Both the position numbers and the translations under genes were made by a program. Positions 1 through 11,813 of a stretch of DNA of 42,250 nucleotides are shown here, in pieces. The number at the start of each line of letters is the position of its first letter. The stretch's first letter is position 1. This DNA comes from Parvularia atlantis (lineage: Eukaryota), in NCBI GenBank assembly GCA_943704415.1, contig CALSCO010000655.1, positions 1-42,250 on the forward strand, read 5' to 3'. The notes beneath the pieces were generated by a model. It was not told where the DNA came from and ran no database searches. It saw nothing but the letters and a program-made list of their open reading frames with translations.

Positions 1-399
1 CATCGCGGCGAGAGGCTGCTGAGCAGCGGCGGGCGCGACGGCGGGTGGAGGAAGCCGAGCCACGTGGCGCTCGCCGGCGACGACGCGGGCGGGCTGCAGC
101 GCCTCGCCGTTGGGCAACGGGAGCGGGGCGAGCGGCTGGCGCGGCTGCTTGGGCGGGCGGCCGCGCGGGCGACCGGTGGGCGAATAGCGGCCCCAGGCGG
201 CGCACGGCTCGCAGATCGGCTCGCCACGCACGCGCTCGAGCACGTCCTCGACCAGCTGGTGGCGCGCGAGCACGGTGGCGGTCGCGCGGGCGAAGCCGTT
301 GCCGGCGCGGAAGGTTGCGGTCTGCCGGCAGTTTGGGCTGGCGCAGCCGGCAGCGGCGAAGGCGCACGGCGTCGCGTCGGCGGGGACCGCGCTCTCCAT
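1..399 (-). CDS. 5' part of an AT-hook protein with a Cys-rich N-terminal segment; continues beyond the left edge
   Basis: ATG at 399 opens a frame to position 1: MESAVPADATPCAFAAAGCASPNC...ICEPCAAWGRYSPTGRPRGRPPKQ. GRPRGRPPK (148-174) is a canonical AT-hook. Codons are GC3-rich like neighbouring genes. Confidence 0.6.
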   Translation of the reverse strand, partial: MESAVPADATPCAFAAAGCASPNCRQTATFRAGNGFARATATVLARHQLVEDVLERVRGEPICEPCAAWGRYSPTGRPRGRPPKQPRQPLAPLPLPNGEALQPARVVAGERHVARLPPPAVAPAAAQQPLAAM

Positions 400-575
400 G
401 GTCGCCTGAGGGAAGCGTGATCAGTGCCTCTAACCTCGGCCGCATTTTCCCGGAGACGCTACCGGGTGCGTTCGACGTGTTGCGGCGTGGCGGTTTGAAC
501 GCGCAGGCGCCAAAATGACGCCGAGGTAACGCCAAGGACATTTCCAAGGTGGCCGAACCTGAAACGCGCGTCCGG

Positions 576-630
576 CCAATCAGCAAGGGCTGATTACGTC
601 ACAGCAGATGACGTAGTGCGCACTGATTGG
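576..630. promoter_or_regulatory. Putative bidirectional promoter element: inverted CCAAT boxes flanking inverted CRE/ATF-like sites
   Basis: CCAATCAG 576-583, TACGTCA 595-601, TGACGTA 609-615 and CTGATTGG 623-630 lie between the divergent ATGs at 399 (-) and 631 (+). Confidence 0.4.
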
Positions 631-2935
631 ATGCTTCCAAAAAAGGCAGATTGGTGGAATCTGGCCCGAACGCCCGTGCGCGGAGGTGATCTGCGCGAGG
701 TCTACTCGGCCGGCAGCGTGCCCGCCCAGGCGTGCGTGCCGCACGACCGCGACGCCGATGCACGCGCACGCGCCCACCGCCCCCTACGGTGTCGCAGGGA
801 GCGCTGCAATGCGCTGCGCCGCGCGTTCGAGAGTCGCTTCGGCCGCCCGGCGCAGTACATCGCACGCGCGCCTGGCCGAGTCAACCTGATCGGTGCGGCG
901 TGAGCGCGATCCGTGGCGTCGGCGGCACTGAGCAAACGCGCGCCCCCGCGCAGGCGAGCACATCGACTACTGCGGTTACTCGGTGCTGCCGATGGCCGTC
1001 GAGAAGGACATCATCGTGGCCGTCGCGACCGACGCGCCCGCATCCGGCACCAGCGCGCCGCAGCTGCACTGCGCCAACACGAGCGCCAAGTACGCCGTGC
1101 GCACGTTCACCCACGGCGCCTTCACGATCGAGGCCGGCAAGCACGACTGGTCCAGCTACTTCCTCGCCGGCTACAAGAAGTACTTTGAGGAGACGCCCGA
1201 GGCGCAGCCCAAGACGCTGCAGCTCGTCTTTGACGGCACAGTGCCGCCGGTGCGTGCGCACTCCTGCTCCGGCGCCGTCGCGCTCAGGCCGCGAGCGTGA
1301 CCGCGCAGGGCTCGGGCCTGTCGAGCTCGTCCGCGATGGTGTGCGTGTCCATCCTTGCGACACAGCACGCCGTCGGCGGCCGCCACACGCTGGTGCGTAC
1401 GGCGTGCGCGTGGTGCCCAGGGCGGGTCCGCTCACGCCAGCCGCGGTCCAGCCCGAGCTGGCTGACATCGCGATTCGCGGCGAGCGGTACGCCGGCGTGC
1501 AGAGCGGCGGGTGCGTTTTAGCGATGCGCACGCACGCACGGCGTGGGCGGCTGACGGGGCCGCAGCATGGACCAGTCGATCTCGCTCATGGCCGAGATCG
1601 GCCACGCCAAGCTGATCGACTTCCACCCGCTCAAGCTCACGTCGGTCAACCTGCCAGGCAACGCGTCGTTCATCATCGCCAACTCGCTCGTCACGAGCAA
1701 CAAGCAGGGTGCGCCGCACGACAAGGCCCAGCCCGAGCGTCTCAGCAGCGCGCTGCCGCAGAGACCGCGCCCAAGCACTACAACCTGCGCGTGACCGAGT
1801 GCCGCTTCGCCGCCAAGCTGCTCTACCGCCGCCTTAAGGCCGAGCGGCAGTCCGGCGCGAGCGTGCCCGACGAGTGCGCTCCCTAACCGCGATGCCGGCG
1901 GCTGAACTCACGTACCCGCCGCATGCGGGCGCGCGCGCGCGCACGCAGGCCGCCAAACAAGAAGCAGCGCAAGGAGGACGCGTTCATCAACCTCAAGGAC
2001 GTGCAGGAGGCGTTCGGTGCGCCACCGCTGCCTCCCCTGCTGCGCGCTCTGCGGAGGGCCGACACGCGCCGTCGGCAGGCCTCTCGTTCGCCGAGGCCAT
2101 CGCCGCGGTCGAGCGGCACCTGCACAAGGCGCCGTACGACCGGCGCGAGCTGGCTGAGGCGCTCGACACGACGGTGCGCCTGTCACACGCGAGAAGCCGT
2201 GTGCTGACCTCGCGCGCGCGTGAAGGTGGACGCGCTCGAGAAGGAGTTCCTGAGCGTGGTCACGGTGCACGGCGACGCGTTCCGCCTGCATGACCGCGCG
2301 CTGCACGTGTTCTCGGAGGCGAAGCGCGTGTTTGACTTTAAGGCCGTCTGCGACCAGCACGCGGCCGCGGCGGGCGCTGCCGGCGACACGCACGCCGTGT
2401 TGCAGGTGTGCGTGCACCGCGCATCGGCCGTGGGCGTGCGGGCCGACCACCGCACAGGCCCTCGGCAAGCTCATGAACGAGAGCCAGACGAGCTGCCACG
2501 AGCTGTTTGATTGCAGCTGCCCCGAGCTGGAGCAGCTGACCAAGATCTGCCGGTGCGGGCGCCAGTCCCGCTTGCGAGGCACGCGCTCACACCCGATGCA
2601 GCGACAACGGCGCGTTCGGCTCGCGGCTGACGGGCGCTGGCTGGGGCGGCTGCACCGTGTCGCTGATCGAGGCGCGCAGTGCAGCTCGCTCGCGCTCACT
2701 GCGCACGCACTGACGCGCGCCGCCCGCCAGGCCGGCAAGGAGGAGGCGTTCATCGCGGCCGTGGTTAAGGCGTACTACCGCGACGGCGGCCATCTGAAGG
2801 GTGCGCGGGATGCGCGGGATGCGCGCGTCTCGAAAGTGGCTCACCGTATGCACGCGCGCAGAGGGCGACGGTCCGGTCGAGGACGCCATCTTCGCCACGC
2901 GCCCGGGCAGCGGTGGCTGCGTAATCCCTGTGTGA
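631..2935 (+). CDS. GAL1: Galactokinase / N-acetylgalactosamine kinase (GHMP family, GAL1/GALK2 type), about 13 introns
   Basis: Spliced product contains [14 protein letters not shown] (across intron 893-953), [32 protein letters not shown] and [19 protein letters not shown] at 2933-2935. Confidence 0.93.
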
Positions 2936-3059
2936 GCCGAGCGCATGTGCCGGCGCCGATGATGCGTGAAAAAAGGCAAAGACGGTCTCACCAAAGCGTG
3001 TGAGACACAGTAGCAAACGCGCGAGAGAGAAACAGAGCTGCGCCCGGCGGCACGCGCGA

Positions 3060-4608
<1,549 letters not shown>

Positions 4609-4836
4609 GGCGCGGTTCGCGGTTGCTGCATGGCGCGCGCAGTGCGGGGCGAGGGTTAGCGGCGGGGGCCCGGCGGTGCGCGCGTGCGTGCTGTGGTGTC
4701 CCGGCCACCCGCGCCCGACCCGTGCGCGTCACGCAGCCGCCACGCAGCCGCAACGGCAAAGAACAGCGCGCGCAAAGTGGCAGTTAGCGTCTAGAGCATT
4801 CTATCTTGCACCCAGCGCCGAGAAGCCAAACACTTG

Positions 4837-7128
4837 ATGGCGGCGGCGCTCAGTGGTCGCCACCTGGTCGACAGCGCGCCCCCTCTCGCAGTCGTCATTG
4901 CCGAGCCGCCGCGGCCGTCACGACGCCAGCGCCAGCGCGCCAAGCGGGCCTCGCAGCAGCCAGCCTTTGTCGACGACGCGCTGCTCCCGCCGCCGCCGCC
5001 GTTCGAGCGCGGGCACGAGCGCGACGAGGACAGTGACACGGACATGCCACACGCGAGCGCGGCCCTGGTGCCGCGCGACGCGGCCGCCGCCGCGGACGAG
5101 GTCGACTGGGACGCCGTCGAGCGCTTCTGGTGCGGCCTGGGTGAGGGCCAGCGCGGGATGCTCGCGCGGCTCGACGCGGACGCGGTCATGCGCCGCCTGC
5201 GCGCGGACAAGTCGGTTGCGTGCCTGTGCACCGAGTGCGCGCGCCGACGGTGAGCGCGGCGCGCGGGAGGCATACGCGTTTACACGCTCGACTGACCACG
5301 TGCGACGCAGGCGGCTCATGCTGGACGAGCTCGAGGAGGTGCAGGACGTGTATGAGGCCGAGGTGACGAGCTACATGCTCGCGCGCAGCTGCGCCGCCCC
5401 GACCTTCCCGCTGCCCTTCGGCCCGAGCTACCGGCGCACACGCGCCCTGCCTGCACCCCGCGTGATCACGTCGGTCGCGGACGACGGCAAGCGGGCCGAG
5501 CCGGGTGCCCGCCGCCGCATCATGCCGCTGCCGTGCGCGCCCACTGCCCGCCCGCCAACCTCGCGTGTGCTCACTCGTCCCGCCGCGATCTCACAGCGCG
5601 CAGGACCGCGGCCCGTTGCCGCCGCCACCGCCGCCGCCACCACCACTGGGCGTGCCGACGCTGACGCCCGAGGACGCGGACCTGCTGGCCGAGGCGATGC
5701 GGCTGTGCGCCGACCTCGACAAGGGCTCGGCGGCCGGCGACGCGGCGTCGTGGCTGGACGGTGCACCCTGCGTGTGTTGCGCCGAGAAGCACTGAAACGC
5801 GGGTGCGCGTGTCGCAGACCGGGCGAGCCTGCTGGACGACGAGGCCAGGACAACGCGCCTGACCGAGCACCTGCTGGCGCAGACGAAGACACTCGACGCG
5901 CTGCCGAGTCTCTCGGACGACAGCGAGGAGGACTCGGTGCGCGCACGGAGACATGGCCGGATGGGTGTGGCTGAGCTGTGCGCGCCAAACAGGCCGAGCA
6001 CGCGGACAAGATGCGGCGCGAGGAGGGCCGGCAGGCATTCCTGGCCTGCGCGGCGCGCCAGATCGAGGAGCGCGTCATGACCGCGTTTGCGCAGTGGGTG
6101 CGACGCCGCCGTACTGCGCTCTCGCGTATCCTGCGCTCACAATCTTGCGTGCGCGAGAGCAGAGTGCCGAGACGCAGCGTCTCCAGCGGCTGTGCCTAGC
6201 GGAGGAGACCGAGCGCCTGCTCCTGGCCGAGGAGGAGGCCGAGGCGCAGGCGCGGGAGCTCGCCCAGCAGCGTAAGGACCAGAAGCGCGAGCGCAAGCGG
6301 TGTGCTCCCTCTGCACGCGGTCGCGTGACCCGCGCTGATCCAGCCATCGTGAGCAGACAGCAGAAAAAGGCCGCGACAGTGCAGGCTGCGCCCGCGGCAC
6401 CAGCGCCGGCAGCAACAGTCACGGGCAGCGACGCCGGCACCGAAGACGAGGAAGTGGGGCGCGGCGCGACCGCGGATGACGAGATCGACGTGCTGCAGCG
6501 TCTCGCGCGGTGCGTCCCGTTCATAGTGCTGGTGCGTGGTGCCTGACAGCCACACAGCATCCAGTCGCCGCCGAAGCCCCCGCGCGTCCGTCCGAGCGCA
6601 CCCGCACCCGCACCCGCACCCGCGCCTGCGCCCGCACCGGCAGCGAAACCGCCACCCGCCACTGCACTGGCCAAGCAGCAGCAGCGGACGCGGGCAGCCC
6701 GGCCAGCCAAGCACGCGCCGCCGCCGGTGCTGCAACAGTCGCAGCCGGTCGTCAGACCGCCGCGACCGCCCGCACCGGCAGCACCTGTCCTGCCCCTGCC
6801 GCCTCGACCGCCGGCCGCGGCACCGTTTGCTCCGCGACCGCTGGCAGCCGCAGCGCCGGCTCAGCCCACGCCGCAGCCGGCCAAGGGCACCATCTCGCCG
6901 CCGCCGGCCGTCAACCCGTGGCTCGCGCGCATGCAGCACGTCGCGGCCGCACCGTCTCGCCCGGCGCCATCGCCTCCGACCATCGCGCCCGCGTCGTCCT
7001 TCTTCGCCATGGACCTGTTCTCGCCCGCGCGCGGGCAGCTCGTGGCCATGGACGCACTCACCGCGGCCTTCCGGCCGAGCGCGCAGGAGCTCGCTCAGCT
7101 CGGTATCAGCACCGGCTCTGTGTGGTGA
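4837..7128 (+). CDS. NST1-like stress-response protein with a Pro/Ala-rich C-terminus
   Basis: ERFWCGLGEGQRGMLARLDADAVMRRL...ACLCTECARRRRLMLDELEEV and RREEGRQAFLACAARQIEERVMTAF resemble the two conserved blocks of fungal Nst1 (EFWxxLxExERxxLV..CxCxxC; EEGRRMFQIFAARMFEQRV). About 7 introns; stop at 7126-7128. Confidence 0.7.
6597..6640 (+). repeat. GCACCC-type hexamer tandem repeat encoding (Pro-Ala)n in the NST1-like last exon
   Basis: gcacccgcacccgcacccgcacccgcgcctgcgcccgcacc is visible in the sequence. Confidence 0.75.
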
Positions 7129-7171
7129 TTTCAAGCTTCTGAGTGCGCCGCACACACTTTCGGTCAGGCGA

Positions 7172-8654
7172 ATGGCAGTAGAGCCGCGCTCGGTTCGTGA
7201 CGTCCAACGCGGCGGCGCCCTCTGGCGCTCACGACGACGACGCGGCGCGCGGCGGCGCACTGCAGTGCTGGATATGCTTCGGGACGGACGATGACGCGGA
7301 CGCGCAGAGCGAGTACCTGATCGCGCCGTGCCAGTGCACGGGGTCGAGCAAGGCACGCGCGCCACACTGAACGTCACGCGGGCGCGCAGCTGACTTGCCG
7401 CCGCACCCGCACCCGCCGCGCAGTACGTCCACGAGAGCTGCCTGCTGACGTGGATCGACATGAAGTCGCAGCGGCAGGACGGCGTGCAGGTGCACTGCCC
7501 GCAGTGCCTGTACCCGTACCAGCTCGTGCGCGCCGAGGAGAGCCTGCTCGCGAAGATCAGCCGCGACGCCCTGGCCCTGTTTCACGGCGCCGTCACGCCG
7601 GCCGTCATGCACATCTGCACCAGGACGGCCGGTGCGTGCCACGTGCGCTGTTGTGCCGCGCCTGAAGCGCGTGCTGCCGTGCAGAGCTCGCGTTCTTCGC
7701 CGTGTACGGCAATTTGGTCGAGCGCTTCGTGATCGGCGCCGAGACGTCGCGGATGATCGAGGAGGTGCTGCTGGACGACGACGACCCGCGCATGCGCTCG
7801 CTGCTCCAAGCCACGCGGAGCATCGCGATCACTTGCTGCGTCACCAACATGCAGGACCCGTTCCTGCACTCGCTCACGGCCGCGCTGCTCTCGCCGCTCT
7901 CGCTGTGCCTCGTGCGCCACCCGGCGGCCGCGCTGGCGACGTGCGTCCCGCTGGTGCGTTCCCGTGCGGCGCGCCCACCACGCACGCACCGGCTGACCAC
8001 CCCGCGCAGCTGTCCCTCATGTACAAGATGTCGATGGGCAGCGCCTACGTCGGCCTGCTGCAGAGCCTCGGGGCGCGTGCGTGGAGCCGCTGTGCGCGTG
8101 TCGCGCTCACGGCGAGTGCCTGCGCGCAGGCTCGTCGCCCGTGGGCGGCGTCGTGCGCCTGGGCAACGAGGCGCAGCTCGTCGGCCAGCCAGCGCAGCCA
8201 CAGCCACCGCAACAACATCAGCAGCAGGGCATCCTGGTCGCGCAGCAGGCCGCGCTGCGCGGGGACGGCGCGCCGAACCGCGTGATCGACGTCAACAACG
8301 CGCTCGGTGCGCCGCCGCGCTGCCGTGCTTCGCAGCCCCAGTGCGCTCAGACAGCCTCCGCAGCCATTCACGCGTTCCGGCGCTGGTACAGCGCTCCGCG
8401 TGCGTACCTGCTGCTCTTTCCGTTTGTGGCCTCGGCTGTCGGGACGATCCTCGTGGGCGGCGTCGTGCGCAACCCGCTGTACCGCAGCTTCATCGGCGGG
8501 TGCGTCGCCCGTCCGCCCGGCTGCTTGGCGCTGACGCAGCGTCGCTCGCAGTTCCCTCGTCAACCTGATGCTTGATGTCGTGCGCATGCTGCTCGCCGTC
8601 GACAACGAGGAGCGCCTCAACCGCCGGCGCGTGCGGCCGTACGCTCCGCAGTAG
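7172..8654 (+). CDS. RING-CH (RINGv) membrane E3 ubiquitin ligase, MARCH5/MITOL-like
   Basis: Spliced CWICFGTDDD...IAPCQCTGSSKYVHESCLLTWIDMK...VHCPQCLYPY (C4HC3), followed by hydrophobic segments and LLFPFVASAVGTILVGGVVRNPLYRSFIGG, similar to the MARCH5 C-terminal region. TAG at 8652-8654. Confidence 0.8.
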
Positions 8655-8722
8655 CACTTTTGCACAGGGCTCTGGTTCGGGGTCATGCATTCATCAGTTC
8701 ACACACTGGCACGCACACACAT

Positions 8723-10932
8723 TTACAGCAGCTCGGCCCAGAAGTCGGCGCCGTGCGTGAGCTCCTTGCCAGAGCCCGCGGCGTCGAGCGCGACCGCGCG
8801 GAACACGACCCACTCGCGCGGCGCGAGCCCATCCAGCACGACCTTGTGCTCGCGCGTCGCCGCGCCGCCGTTGTCCGGGTACGCCACACGGCCGTACACG
8901 GGCACCTTGGCGCCGTAGTCGACGCGCAGCAGGCACGGGCGGTCGGTGGTGTAGGTCAGCTGGAGGGCCGTCGGCGTGAGCACGGTGACCGTCGGCGCCG
9001 AGATGAGCAGCTGGTCCCGCCGCGCGCCGCCGCCGGCCGCCGGGAAGTCGTCGCGCAGGTCCTCCGTTAGCTGGCGCACGTCCGCCGGGTCGCACGGGAA
9101 GCGCCGGCCGGCGGGCAGCTCGCCCTCGATCACAGTCGCCAGGCGCTCCATCTCGGTCAGGGCCGCGTCGATCCAGCGCGCGACCTCGGTCTCGTTGTGC
9201 GACTCTTGCCGGTGCAGCTTGAACGCCCAGACGCACTCGGCCACCTCGCGCCAGACGCGTGTGCACAACTCTTGGTGCCGCAGGCGGTACGACAGATCGG
9301 CCGCGTCGTTTGCGCCGAGCGCGCCCACAGCCTCCTGCAGGCGTGACTGTGCGCGCAGCGACAGCTCGAGCGCCTCGTCCTTCTCCTGGCGCAGGTCGAC
9401 GAGGGTCTGGACGGTGGGGCGGAGGAGCTCGAGGAAGAGATCGTCGTAGTCGCCGTCGTACAGCGCGATCGAGCGGCCGATGAGCAAGTCGCTCGAGCGC
9501 AGTGAGTCGGGCAGGCCGGACGACTTTTCGAGCGCCCAGAACCCGAAGAAGTAGTACATCTTGCGGCCAATGTCGTACGTAAGCGTGAGCGCGTCCATCA
9601 GCGCCGCGCCGGCCGGTGTGGCCGGGCCGACGGCGTAGCGGCGCTGCACAAACTCGGCCGTGACTTGCGCCGCCGTCGTGCCTTCGAAGTCGTCCATGAA
9701 GCGCATGAGCGCCCACAAGTTGCCCTCGTTCGGCGTCTCGAACGCCGTGTCCTCGTAGCGCGACACGCGCGCGGTGTACCCGGTCATGCCGAGCGGGATC
9801 GCGTGGCGCAGGCGCCGCTGAAAATAGCCCGGGGCAAAGAAAGGCAGGATCGACTTGCCCCAGTACTCGCCCGCGACGTCGACCTGCGCGCGCGGGCACG
9901 CGTCAGCCAAAAAGGCAGCGACGCAGGCAGCCCGCGCCAACCTCCATGATGTGCGTGTGCGGCGCGTAGCCAAAGAGCGGGTCGGGCGGGTCTGCCGTGG
10001 CCGCGCGTCAGCACGCATGTCTTTTGCGCGTGCGCCCACGCACAGTACGGCTCAAAGTCCTGCGGCACGTCCTTGCTCATCGCCTCGAAGACGATGTCCT
10101 TCATGTTAACCACGGCCTCCTGCATCCACTGCAGCTCCGAGGGGCGGTGGATGAAGTTGCGCAGGATCAGCTTCTTGCCAAACTCGCCCACGACGACGCC
10201 GTGGACCATGCGCGTGATCTGCTCGATGCGCTCGACCTGCGGCCGATCGAGCGTGAGCCGTTCCGCGCGCGGTCGGTCGCGCGCACCTTGCTCGGGATTA
10301 CTAACGGGCGCAGCGCGCGCGGCACGGTGTCGTTGTTCATGCAGAAGTCGCACAGGCACACGGCGTACCAGGGCTCGATCGAGCTCGAGCCGTACATGAG
10401 CACGACGCCGTCGACATCGGGCACTGGGACGCGCGAGGGGGCGTGTGAGACGCACGGCGACAGCGCACGTGCCCGCGCCCACACCGGCCGTCAGCGCTGC
10501 GCGGTATGCCTCGCGGCGCGCCTCCCACATGGGCGCGGCCGGGTCGAAGCAGATGTCGCGCAGGTCGACGCCGTTGAACTCGTGCGCCCACACGACCGCG
10601 GTCATGTTGGCCGCGTGCGCCATGTCGACGTAGCCGCGGATGCGCGCGGCGCGCGCCGGGTCGTTGTTGATGTCGTCGATGTCCATGATGATCTCTGCGC
10701 GTGCGCCGCGCGCGTGTGAGCAGTCTGCATGTGGGCGGACGAGTCGGTGCAAGGACGCACGGTGCGACAGCTGCACCTCCTCGAGGCCGTACTCGGCGCC
10801 GCGGCGGATCGCGTCGGCCACGGCCGCCTCGGTGTCCTCGAGCAGCACCCACGCGTGGCGCGCGGCGCACACGGCGCCCGGCGCGGCGGCGAACGCGGCG
10901 AGGGCAACGAGCGCGACGACCACCGATCGCAT
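8723..10932 (-). CDS. Secreted protein of unknown function, possibly glycoside-hydrolase-like, with a C-terminal FN3-like domain
   Basis: Signal peptide MRSVVVALVALAAFAAAPGAVCA. Five GT-AG introns splice in frame: ...VQLSHQIIMDID...SKDVPQDFEPY...MEVDVAGEYWGKSILPF... The C-terminus has an FN3-like pattern (LQLTYTTDRP..VDYG..REHKVVLDGLAP...FRAVALD). Function is inferred only. Confidence 0.7.
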
Positions 10933-10978
10933 CCTCAGTGACAGTGCCGCACGTGCTGCAATCCGCTCGCCTGGTTGG

Positions 10979-11691
10979 ATGCGCGCATCCGCGGTCGTGT
11001 TTGGGGCCGAGGGCGCGGTGCGGGCGGCGTTGGCGGCCGGCGGCTTCGCGCCGGACGAGGCGTTTGTCGAGTGCGTCAACGAGCCCGGCAACGTCGTCCT
11101 TGGCGCCCGCTCCGACGACGCGCTGCGTCGCGCCCGCGAGCACCTGCGCGCCGCGCACGGCCTCGCGAGCGTCGCGTTCGTCGTCACGCCGGCCAAGGCG
11201 TCGCGCCTGACGCGGCTGCTGCAGGTGCGCGCGTGCGGGCTGGCGCGCAGGAGGCGGACGCGCATCGGCCTGAGCGGGCACACGGGCGCAGACCGTCGTC
11301 GCCGTCGCCGTCGCGCTCACGGCGTACCAGCTCGTGACCGCGCCGCTCGAGCCGGACGATCGCGGGTTCGCGCCGCCCCCGCGCGGCCGATCGGGAGACG
11401 CTGCAGCACGCTCACGGGACCGTGCGCACGCAGGCAGCGCTGGCACAGCCTCGCGTTCAGCGTGCCCATGAGCCTCGTTGCGTGCTCGCCTGCCCTCCCG
11501 CCCGCCCGCCCGCCGGGCACGGCTGACGCGGCGAACCGCGCATGCGACACGCCTCGCAGTGGCTGCTCTGGGTCGCCGCCGCCGCGCTCGGCTTCGTCAA
11601 GCTGGGCCTGTACAGCGTGGACCGGCTGCTGCGGGGCGGGCGGATGCCGCCGCCGGCGTACGCGCCGCTCAACGCGCTGCGGACAACGTGA
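10979..11691 (+). CDS. Small hypothetical membrane protein, 3 predicted introns
   Basis: MRASAVVFGAEG...TRLLQ|TVVAVAVALTAYQL|RWHSLAFSVPMSL|WLLWVAAAALGFVKLGLYSVDRLL...* with two hydrophobic segments and a TGA at 11689-11691. No family recognised. Confidence 0.55.
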
Positions 11692-11813
11692 CGCGCGCAC
11701 GGCTTTCGGCACGGTTCTGGGCGCACAGGCAGGTCTCGGTCGTCGCCGCAAGCAAGCATATGTACACATGAATAGTTGGCAAGCCGCTGAGAACAGAACA
11801 CGTACGCATTGAG

